A DNA stretch of 33,413 nt from an uncultured Gammaproteobacteria bacterium. GTDB lineage: Bacteria; Patescibacteriota; Patescibacteriia; UBA10025; JAHIVO01. Under the pieces are notes generated by a model. That model saw only the letters and a program-made list of their open reading frames with translations. It was not told the origin of the DNA and made no database searches. The stretch is taken from the NCBI GenBank assembly GCA_964549245.1, contig CAZJUO010000005.1, positions 1 through 33,413 of the forward strand, in the 5' to 3' direction. This document shows, piece by piece, positions 19,335 to 26,770 of this stretch. How positions within the stretch are numbered: position 1 is the first letter of the stretch; every line of letters begins with the position of its first letter. A program made the position numbers and the translations under genes.

Positions 19335-19664
19335 TCATGCTTTTACGATTTCAATAGTTCCCTTGGTTCCATCTACTCGAATAACCATACCACTTTTTAA
19401 AAACGTAGTTGCTTTTTTTGTATTGACTACGCACGGTATTCCCAACTCTCGTGAAACAATAGAGGGGTGTGAGGTCATGCCGCCGATATCACAAACGATG
19501 GCCCCGGCTTTAGCCATCAGCGGCACCATGGCAGGAGTGGTTACCCGGGTAACTAAAATATCTCCGGAACCAAACTTTACTTTACTAGTATCGGATTTAA
19601 TAATTTTTACTTTTCCCTGAACGCGGCCTGGTGAAACACCGAGCCCCTGCAAGGCGGTTTTCAT
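19335..19664 (-). CDS. Stand-alone PEP-utilizing enzyme mobile (phosphohistidine swivel) domain
   Basis: GDILVT..TTP, GGMTSHPSIVSRELGIPCVV, VDGTKG; TATAAT ends 6 nt before the ATG, so probably leaderless. Confidence 0.9.
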   Translation of the reverse strand: MKTALQGLGVSPGRVQGKVKIIKSDTSKVKFGSGDILVTRVTTPAMVPLMAKAGAIVCDIGGMTSHPSIVSRELGIPCVVNTKKATTFLKSGMVIRVDGTKGTIEIVKA

Positions 19665-19750
19665 ACAGTAATTATATAATAAATCGCTTCCTTTTCCCAA
19701 TCCGGCAACCAACGTAATGACGATATTTTATTAAATTACATTTTCAAAAT

Positions 19751-19779
19751 AAAAACCCGCTGGTATCAAAACCAACGGG
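19751..19779 (-). terminator. Intrinsic terminator
   Basis: CCCGTTGGT-tttgat-ACCAGCGGG-TTTTT. Confidence 0.7.
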
Positions 19780-19829
19780 AATACATTTACCAACATTGAA
19801 AAAACAAATTAAGCAACAAACATCGGTGC

Positions 19830-20258
19830 TTACTGCGATCTGCTTCTTCTGTTCTGACAGATCTTTTTCAGTTTGGCGGCAAACTCTTCGGGCTTTTGTA
19901 TATATCTGCTGATGATAATATCCGCTCCGTTTTTAATCGCCGTTTTTCTACAGCGTTTTTCACGAGCCAGCTTTGACCACAAAATAATAGTAGCGCGAGG
20001 AAATTCTCTCCTCATATACGAAATTGTCCTTGCTAATATTTTAATGGATGGTGTCAGGCTAAGCGAGTCCGTCGGCTCAACAGAACATAAAATAATGTCC
20101 GGGGTTTTTTTCTGTTGATGATAGTGGTCAACCACGTCACTAAGATAACCAAATTTTGGTATATAATATACTTCAAATACACGATCATCCAAAGCTTGTT
20201 GAAGGTATTGCCTTGCAGTATCTTCTTCATCAACGAACGCTACTTGAATTCTCATCAT
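19830..20258 (-). CDS. Atypical single-domain response regulator receiver (pseudo-receiver)
   Basis: VAFVDEE, PDIILCS, IILWS, A...GAD.II; SD AAGGAG; promoter TTGACA-16-TATACT (20325-20298). Confidence 0.7.
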   Translation of the reverse strand: MMRIQVAFVDEEDTARQYLQQALDDRVFEVYYIPKFGYLSDVVDHYHQQKKTPDIILCSVEPTDSLSLTPSIKILARTISYMRREFPRATIILWSKLAREKRCRKTAIKNGADIIISRYIQKPEEFAAKLKKICQNRRSRSQ

Positions 20259-20415
20259 AACTCCTTCTTTTTTAAAGTGCTTTTTATGTAACATACCAGT
20301 ATACACCAATCTATTTTATTGTCAATACATTTCGTCATTTTATCTGTGTATAACTATTGACCTTTTATTATGGATATGATACTATTTTTATGTTGACGAT
20401 TTTTATCGACACTTT

Positions 20416-21162
20416 ATGAATTTAACTACCCAATTACAATCCTTTGGTTTAAATAAAAAACAAGCCAGTGTTTACCTGGCCTGCCTAGAATCGGGCCGTA
20501 CTTCTGTTCAAAACATTTCCAAAAAAACCGGTATTAAGCGTACCAGTGTTTATGACCTGGTTACTGGTCTTATTGAACAAGGATTGATTATCCAAACCAT
20601 CAAAGGAAAAAAAAGATTTTTTGTCGCTGAAGATCCCAAAATAATAAAAAAACGTTTAATGCAAAAACAAAATGAATTTGACGAACTACTTCCTGAACTT
20701 CAATCTCTCTATTCCATTCCCGGCCATAAACCAAAAATAGAATATTATGAAGGCATTGATGGCATTAAACAAGTTTTGGAAAAAACATTAACCAGCAAAG
20801 AAAAAGAACTAAAAAGTATTTTACCTTTAAAAGATTTTCTCGATCTGGTCGGTGAAGAATTTTTTCATCATTACACGCAAAAAAGGATTAAACATGGATA
20901 CACCTTGCGCACTATCCGCCCCATAACTAAGGAAATTGCCAGAGCAGTGAAAAAATACCATTGGGGAACAAATAAAAATCAAAAAAGGGAAGTGCGCCTG
21001 GCGCCAAAGTATTTTCAGTTTTCTATGGCTATGTACTTATTTGATAATAAAGTAATCTTAATGTCTTCAAAAAAAGAAATTTTTGCTTTTATAATAGAAT
21101 CAGATGAATTCGCCTATAATCAAAAGGCGTTATTTGAGGTGTTATGGCAGGCGAGTAAATAA
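20416..21162 (+). CDS. TrmB family transcriptional regulator (wHTH + C-terminal effector/PLD-like domain)
   Basis: GLNKKQASVYLACLESG...RTSVYD...L...GL, KPKIEYYEG..GI, FEVLW; promoter TTGACC-17-TACTAT (20357-20385). Confidence 0.9.
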   Translation: MNLTTQLQSFGLNKKQASVYLACLESGRTSVQNISKKTGIKRTSVYDLVTGLIEQGLIIQTIKGKKRFFVAEDPKIIKKRLMQKQNEFDELLPELQSLYSIPGHKPKIEYYEGIDGIKQVLEKTLTSKEKELKSILPLKDFLDLVGEEFFHHYTQKRIKHGYTLRTIRPITKEIARAVKKYHWGTNKNQKREVRLAPKYFQFSMAMYLFDNKVILMSSKKEIFAFIIESDEFAYNQKALFEVLWQASK

Positions 21163-21180
21163 TAGAATTCTATTTTATTC

Positions 21181-21211
21181 AAAAACAGCATCTATTTTGG
21201 ATGCTGTTTTT
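21181..21211. terminator. Bidirectional terminator between trmB and the tRNA locus
   Basis: AAAAACAGCATC / GATGCTGTTTTT. Confidence 0.85.
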
Positions 21212-21263
21212 CACGAGCAGTGGACCCGAGGTGACTCGTTGCGCCCCCGCCTGCCTCTACCTT

Positions 21264-21337
21264 TGGACCGAAGGGGACTTGAACCCCTGACCTCCTCCAT
21301 GCCATGGAGGCGTTCTAGCCAACTGAACTATCGGCCC
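21264..21337 (-). tRNA. tRNA-Ala(GGC), intact, CCA not encoded
   Basis: Full cloverleaf: GGGCCGA/TCGGTCC with G3:U70, anticodon arm CCTCC-ATGGCAT-GGAGG, T-loop TTCAAGT. Confidence 0.96.
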
Positions 21338-21356
21338 AAGAGCAGAGACGGGCAGT

Positions 21357-21395
21357 CATGCCATGGAAGCTCTCTACCAGATGAGCTAGAGGCCC
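21357..21395 (-). pseudogene. 5' half of another tRNA-Ala(GGC)
   Basis: GGGCCTCTAGCTCATCTGGTAGAGAGCTTCCATGGCATG, truncated just after the anticodon loop. Confidence 0.8.
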
Positions 21396-21533
21396 CCATG
21401 AGTGACGGGGTAAGATTGAACTGCGGGCCCGGAACTTATAATAATATTTTTAGATTACTAAAATAGTAATAATAGCTTATCACTATTTTTTTTAATATTC
21501 AAGTTCTTATCAGGCTAACTAAAATTTCTGATC

Positions 21534-22205
21534 TTAATACTTATTACCTTTTAGCTTATCAATGATTTCTTTGGCCGCATCCTTACCACCCAAACCGAAC
21601 GCTAAACCTCCAGCTAATGAAAACATTACTACACAACCAGTAAATAATATTTTCAATAAATCTGGTGCAACTTTTAACTGAACCAGCGCAGCTATAAACG
21701 AAAATATAAATATGGCCCATTTAGTTAATGATGCTAGCAGTTTAGAAGAGGCAATATTTGCTGATTGCGTGGCGTTTTTTACAACCCCGTATAATAAATT
21801 AGCTACTAAAATGCCAATAATTATTATCGCAACAGCGGCAATAACACTCGGCAAGTACCCGATCAAACTGTCAAAAAAGACTGATAGCTGCGTCAGGCCA
21901 AGCACATTGACTGCAGAAGCAATAAACACAATCAAAATAAACCAATAAACAATATTAGAAAATAGCAGTGTCATAGTCGTTTTCAAGCCAGCCTTATGCA
22001 GCAATTGGTGCAATCCAATTTTAGCAGCTATCTCCTCAAACCTGATTACACGTAATATTTTCTTGGCAATAATACTAAAAATCCAGGCAAAAATAAAACC
22101 GGCAAATAGCAGTATTATTGCCAGCAATAAGTTTGGTATAAGGGTAACTAAATCAGCCCAAATTTTTTCAAAGGAATTGGTTACAATTTCAGATGTTCCT
22201 GTCAT
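21534..22205 (-). CDS. Conserved TM-helix repeat protein (CmpX / MscS-associated)
   Basis: Two LIPNLLLAIILL / YLPSVIAAVAII repeats, GLAFGLGGKD; G-rich SD before ATG 22205. Confidence 0.85.
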   Translation of the reverse strand: MTGTSEIVTNSFEKIWADLVTLIPNLLLAIILLFAGFIFAWIFSIIAKKILRVIRFEEIAAKIGLHQLLHKAGLKTTMTLLFSNIVYWFILIVFIASAVNVLGLTQLSVFFDSLIGYLPSVIAAVAIIIIGILVANLLYGVVKNATQSANIASSKLLASLTKWAIFIFSFIAALVQLKVAPDLLKILFTGCVVMFSLAGGLAFGLGGKDAAKEIIDKLKGNKY

Positions 22206-22273
22206 TTTTTCCACCCCCTTTCAATTAATTTCTATAGTAATTATAGCATGTTTTAAACCCAAAAATACAAAAA

Positions 22274-22289
22274 TGTTCCACGTGGAACA
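22274..22289. promoter_or_regulatory. parS centromere-like site (ParB/Spo0J binding)
   Basis: Perfect palindrome TGTTCCACGTGGAACA. Confidence 0.88.
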
Positions 22290-22424
22290 TTTTTTATCTT
22301 TGTATTTTAAACACTTCTTCAAAATTACTGATAACCATACTTCTTAGCTGCGCCTAACAATGTTTAACGCTGAATGTTTGCAGGACGAAAGCTGGTATCT
22401 CTCTACAATGCCAATAAGCATATC

Positions 22425-22526
22425 GCCTGCCATCGACAATGGACCTAGGGAGAATCGAACTCCCGCTCCCGCAATGCGAATGCGGTGTCATACCACTTGA
22501 CTATAGGCCCACAGGCTATGGCAGGC
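22425..22526. repeat. Palindromic element whose arms enclose tRNA-Ala(CGC)
   Basis: GCCTGCCAT (22425-22433) / ATGGCAGGC (22518-22526). Confidence 0.75.
22440..22510 (-). tRNA. tRNA-Ala(CGC), intact, CCA not encoded
   Basis: GGGCCTA/TAGGTCC with G3:U70, CCGCA-TTCGCAT-TGCGG, GGGAG-TTCGATT-CTCCC. Confidence 0.95.
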
Positions 22527-22535
22527 AAGTTTATT

Positions 22536-22552
22536 AATTGAGCTAATGGCCC
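22536..22552 (-). pseudogene. 5' fragment of a decayed tRNA-Ala
   Basis: GGGCCATTAGCTCAATT; a matching anticodon remnant TGGCATTG lies at 22406-22413, on the far side of the palindrome. Confidence 0.6.
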
Positions 22553-22715
22553 TTACTTCTCCAGAATGGCGCAAATGTAGCCTTATACCCTATTTCTATC
22601 GATCACTAGTTTATATCTGAATTGCTAATGTTACATTAAATCAATGTATTTTAATATATAATTTACCAATATTAATTGTATTAGAGCAATAGTATTACCT
22701 ATTTGACTTGGCCAA

Positions 22716-22787
22716 TGCCCTCGCTAGGAATCGAACCCAGATTTATCCCTTAGGACGGGAGTGTTCTATCCATTGAACTACGAGGGC
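22716..22787 (-). tRNA. tRNA-Arg(CCT), CCA not encoded
   Basis: GCCCTCG/CGAGGGC acceptor, A20 in the D-loop, anticodon loop GTCCTAA, T-loop TTCGATT. Confidence 0.92.
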
Positions 22788-22889
22788 CCGAGCCACAACG
22801 GGCAAATTGCAAATAGTATAAAGAAACGCCTAAACAGCACTTTTTACTTAAACAAGGAAGTTTTTTACGATTTGCTTATTTACACAAAT

Positions 22890-22905
22890 TGTTCCACGTG
22901 GAACA
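22890..22905. promoter_or_regulatory. Second parS site
   Basis: TGTTCCACGTGGAACA, identical to 22274-22289. Confidence 0.88.
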
Positions 22906-23037
22906 AAAATTACCCTATAGGATTGAGTGGTTTTAATAATAAATAGAAAATACTTATTTTTATTACCTTTTTATTATATTAATTATTAATGTACAATTTT
23001 TCTTTGCTAATATTATATCAATATATGTGTCGTATTA

Positions 23038-23277
23038 TTATTGTATAAAATTTGATATAATTTGTTGGGCTAAAGTATCCAAATAGTTCGTTTTTACGTC
23101 TAGATAGGTTAATATGCCCAAAATTAACATTAGTGCGCTGGCCAATACAACCACCTTAATTAAATCACTGTTAAACACCTTGTAATGATTCTCGTCTGTA
23201 CCTTTTTTAATTTCTTTTTGCTCGGTATACTGTTTTAAATGCTCCATTCCCTGCAAGCTTACTTTTTCTTTTTTCAT
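23038..23277 (-). CDS. Small single-pass membrane protein
   Basis: 79 aa; charged N-terminus and one TM segment (VVVLASALMLILGILTYL). Confidence 0.65.
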   Translation of the reverse strand: MKKEKVSLQGMEHLKQYTEQKEIKKGTDENHYKVFNSDLIKVVVLASALMLILGILTYLDVKTNYLDTLAQQIISNFIQ

Positions 23278-23401
23278 ATGCGTATTTTTAATAATTTCGT
23301 AACTTGAGTTTATCTTATTATGTAAATATAATCAATTTATTTGTTTGACAATTAATTATAAAAATACTACAATAGCTACGACAATTATTAATCTATACTA
23401 T

Positions 23402-23830
23402 ATGCCAATTTTCGGCAATAATAACAATGAAGAGCAGCCAAACCAAATGGAAACTATAATAGGACCGTCAGTCAAGGTTGAAGGAAATTTCAAAGGTGAC
23501 GGCAATATTACAGTCGAAGGCATGGTGCAGGGCAGCCTTAAGACAAGCCACAATTTAACTATCGGTTCGCAAGCAAAAATCAAGGCTGAAATAGAAGCAA
23601 AAAACCTTTTTTTATCCGGTGAAGTAAAAGGAAATGTAAAAGTTCACGAAAGGGCAGAGCTGTCAAAATCTGCGCGCTTGCTTGGCAATATTGAAACTAA
23701 GGTAATTTCAGTTGAACAGGGTGCTGTACTGAATGGAAAGTGCAGTATGATCAATAACGACATTTCCAGTGACAAGGACGATAAAGAACAAAAAGAAAAC
23801 AGCAAAGAAGGCAAAAAAACAGGCAAATAG
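23402..23830 (+). CDS. Bactofilin (polymer-forming cytoskeletal protein, CcmA/DUF583)
   Basis: ETIIGPSVKVEGNF...VEG.V.G...GAVLNGKCSM beta-helix repeats; the ORF-track TTG start is actually the promoter TTGACA-17-TACAAT (23345-23373). Confidence 0.92.
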   Translation: MPIFGNNNNEEQPNQMETIIGPSVKVEGNFKGDGNITVEGMVQGSLKTSHNLTIGSQAKIKAEIEAKNLFLSGEVKGNVKVHERAELSKSARLLGNIETKVISVEQGAVLNGKCSMINNDISSDKDDKEQKENSKEGKKTGK

Positions 23831-23842
23831 TTTTTACGGTCT

Positions 23843-24619
23843 ATGTACTACTACATATACGATTCATTTTTAAACCAGGGCAAGTACGCTGCTGAACTGA
23901 ATCGTATTGAAGCTCGCTTGATGGATCTCGGTATAAACGGCAGAATTGAAAAATTAACGATACTAAAAAGCTTCAAAGAGATTGTTGAAGAGGCTATACG
24001 TAAGGGCGCAAAAACTATTATCGCCGTAGGTAATGACCAGACCGTCAGTAAAATCATTAGTTACCTGCCGAATTTACAAACCACGCTCGGTATCATACCG
24101 ATTGGTGAAGAAAACAATTTAGCTTCACTGCTCGGTATACCTTCGGGAGAACAAGCCTGCGACACCCTCTCATCCAGAATCATAGAAAAAATTGATCTGG
24201 GCAAAGCTAATAATAAGTATTTCATTTCCTCGCTGCAAGTACCAGTGCAAAAAGAATTGGTAATGGACTGCGGCAGCTATAAGATCAGCCCGCTGGATAA
24301 TACAAAAATGATAAATATCTGTAATTTCAGCAGCTTGCCAGTCGCCGACAATCAGTATGAAACATGCGGCAATCCTAAGGACGGTATGCTCGAGGCAATC
24401 ATTTCTTCCAATCAGAAAGAGCAACATGGATTATTCGGACTTTTTAAAAAGGAATATAGCAAAAAGAGTGTTTTTCCAATTAAAAAAATGAAGATAAAGT
24501 GCTCTTCAGAAAGCCTGTCAGTGCTCGCAGACGGCCAAACTACAATAAAGACGCCGTTGACCGTTGAGGTAATCCCAAAGAAACTAAAAATAATTGTTGG
24601 AAAAAAACGTATGTTTTAA
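23843..24619 (+). CDS. Diacylglycerol kinase catalytic-domain family protein (YegS/DgkB-like, divergent)
   Basis: IIAVGNDQT (canonical GGDGT), LGIIPIG..NNLA..LGIP, IDLGKAN, ADG. Confidence 0.8.
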   Translation: MYYYIYDSFLNQGKYAAELNRIEARLMDLGINGRIEKLTILKSFKEIVEEAIRKGAKTIIAVGNDQTVSKIISYLPNLQTTLGIIPIGEENNLASLLGIPSGEQACDTLSSRIIEKIDLGKANNKYFISSLQVPVQKELVMDCGSYKISPLDNTKMINICNFSSLPVADNQYETCGNPKDGMLEAIISSNQKEQHGLFGLFKKEYSKKSVFPIKKMKIKCSSESLSVLADGQTTIKTPLTVEVIPKKLKIIVGKKRMF

Positions 24620-24689
24620 ATTATTAACGAAAAGACATCTTTTTTAGTAACGGTCTTTTCATAAGATCGTTTTTATTTTACCAGCCACT

Positions 24690-26750
24690 ATGAACGTTAC
24701 CGAACTCGCACGAAAACTTAAAATCACCACTAACCAACTACTGGATATTTTGCCCCAGATTGGTTTTGATATCGGCAGAAAAGCCATTAAAGTTGATGTA
24801 AAAGTAGCCCAAAAAATTATCAAAAAATTCAAGGAACAGCCGCAGTTACTCGAAGAAATACGCCATAAAAAAACTGACGAGCCGGCTGTTGAAGCAGAAG
24901 AAGTTACTACTGAAAAAAAAGATATCTCCATACCGCCGGTCATAACGGTGCGGGATTTCGCGGCGATGCTCAATAAGCCCGTGGCGGCAGTGATACAGGA
25001 ACTGATGAAGAACGGCATCCTCGCCAACCTCAATGAACAAATCGACTATGAAACCGCCAGCATCATTGCCGAAGACTTTGGTTTTCAAACTACCCAGGAG
25101 AAAACTCAAGCTACTGACAAGAAAGAGGAAGAAAATATTGAAAAGCTGATGCATGATAAAAATAGCCAAGGACAACCGCGCCCACCGGTAGTGGTGGTAA
25201 TGGGACACGTAGACCACGGCAAAACCCAACTGCTCGATACTATACGAAAAACCAATATTGTAGGCGGTGAATCGGGCGGCATTACCCAGCACATCGGCGC
25301 CTATCAGGTAACAGCTCCGGCTAAAAAGGAGGCTCCATCCCAGACTAAGAGTGACAAGAAAAGGATCCCTCCTCAAGCTCGGGATGATCTTGCTCAACGC
25401 TCGATCACCTTTATTGATACCCCGGGACATGAAGCCTTTACCGCCATGCGGTCACGTGGGGCCCGGGTGGCTGATATTGCTATCCTTGTTATCGCCGCTG
25501 ATGACGGTATCAAGCCGCAAACCGAAGAGGCAATTAATATTATCAACAATGCCAAGCTGCATTTTGTAGTAGCGATCAATAAAATCGACAAACCGGAAGC
25601 TGACGTCGAAAAAGTGAAACAACAACTGGCCCAAAAGAATTTATTGCCTGAAGATTGGGGCGGAAAAATTGTATGCGTACCAGTTTCAGCAAAAACCGGC
25701 CAGGGAATCGACGATTTACTAGAAAGTCTGGTCTTGGTGGCAGACATGGAAAAAGACCATATAACAGCTAATCCCGGCCAGCCGGCTATCGGGACTATTA
25801 TTGAATCAAATATAGATAAAGGGGAGGGACCAATAGCCACCGCGGTTATTCAAACAGGCACGCTTCACCGAGGTGATACAGTCAAGGTCGGACAAGTAGT
25901 CGGTAAAATAAAAAATATGAAAGACTTTCTAGGTCAAGAGGTTCAAACCGCTCCCCCCGCCATGCCGGTCAGAATTTTGGGCCTCAAAGATGTGCCCGAA
26001 GTAGGAGATTTTTTGCAAGCGCTGCCGAAAGGGGCTTCACTGAAAAAAATTATGAAGGACCTTCAGAATAAGCAAAAAGCTTACCGCGACAAACAAACCT
26101 GGCAAAAAGTGAAAGCCTCTGAAAACTCAAATAAAAACCATAATGAGAAAACAGTTTCTATAATCCTAAAAACTGACACCCTTGGTTCCCAAGAAGCCAT
26201 CATGCAATCCCTGGAAACACTCGGTACCGAAGACGTCAAAGTGCGGATTGTAAAAAAAGGATTGGGCAATATCAATGATGTCGACGTGCTGCAGGCGGAA
26301 AGCACTGGAGCCATGATTTATGGATTTAATGTCAATACTGATATGCGTGTAACCGAAATTGCCAAAGAAAAAGAAATTCCTTTGCAGGTATACAGGATTA
26401 TATACGATTTAATCGACAACGTTCAACAAGAGGTGAAGAAACGAAAAACCGTCACCGTAGAGCGGATTGAACTTGGACGCGCGAAAATCCTGGCCATATT
26501 TAGAACCGAAAAAAAGCATATGATTGTCGGGGTTAGCGTCACCAAGGGAAAAGTGGAAACGGGAGCCAAGGCCATCATCCTGCGCGACAAGCAAAAAATC
26601 GGCGAGGGAACTATTGAAAAAATTCAGCAATCCAAAGAAGAGGTTGAATCAGTAGCCGCGGGCTCTGAATGCGGTTTGCAATTCAAAGGCCCAACCATTA
26701 TCCAAGAAAATGATTTTCTCGAGATTTACAAAGAAGAAATTCATACTTAA
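24690..26750 (+). CDS. infB: Translation initiation factor IF-2
   Basis: RPPVVVVMGHVDHGKT, GGITQHIGAY, DTPGHEAF, INKID, ECG. Confidence 0.98.
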   Translation: MNVTELARKLKITTNQLLDILPQIGFDIGRKAIKVDVKVAQKIIKKFKEQPQLLEEIRHKKTDEPAVEAEEVTTEKKDISIPPVITVRDFAAMLNKPVAAVIQELMKNGILANLNEQIDYETASIIAEDFGFQTTQEKTQATDKKEEENIEKLMHDKNSQGQPRPPVVVVMGHVDHGKTQLLDTIRKTNIVGGESGGITQHIGAYQVTAPAKKEAPSQTKSDKKRIPPQARDDLAQRSITFIDTPGHEAFTAMRSRGARVADIAILVIAADDGIKPQTEEAINIINNAKLHFVVAINKIDKPEADVEKVKQQLAQKNLLPEDWGGKIVCVPVSAKTGQGIDDLLESLVLVADMEKDHITANPGQPAIGTIIESNIDKGEGPIATAVIQTGTLHRGDTVKVGQVVGKIKNMKDFLGQEVQTAPPAMPVRILGLKDVPEVGDFLQALPKGASLKKIMKDLQNKQKAYRDKQTWQKVKASENSNKNHNEKTVSIILKTDTLGSQEAIMQSLETLGTEDVKVRIVKKGLGNINDVDVLQAESTGAMIYGFNVNTDMRVTEIAKEKEIPLQVYRIIYDLIDNVQQEVKKRKTVTVERIELGRAKILAIFRTEKKHMIVGVSVTKGKVETGAKAIILRDKQKIGEGTIEKIQQSKEEVESVAAGSECGLQFKGPTIIQENDFLEIYKEEIHT

Positions 26751-26770
26751 CCCTCCAAAATGGCCCTACC

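Larger units (their letters stand above)
21221..21430 (-). pseudogene. Outer split tRNA-Ala remnant (5' piece 21413-21430, 3' piece 21221-21238)
   Basis: GGGCCCGCAGTTCAATCT ... CGAGTCACCTCGGGTCCA; the acceptor halves pair and include G3:U70. Confidence 0.7.

Noticed and set aside
21221-21430. Group I/II or archaeal-type tRNA intron in the outer copy
   Set aside because: Too short, no catalytic core motifs, and removing the insert would not restore a full cloverleaf.
21104-21466. 120-aa ORF (also 22761-22946)
   Set aside because: Antisense to tRNA genes; the first also crosses a terminator.
21221-22552. Prophage/ICE attL-attR at tRNA-Ala
   Set aside because: No integrase; the duplicated pieces are mainly 5' halves arranged concentrically, not 3' direct repeats.
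22900-23400. oriC itself
   Set aside because: AT-rich and divergent, but I saw no clustered DnaA boxes, no dnaA, and no obvious GC-skew inversion by eye.
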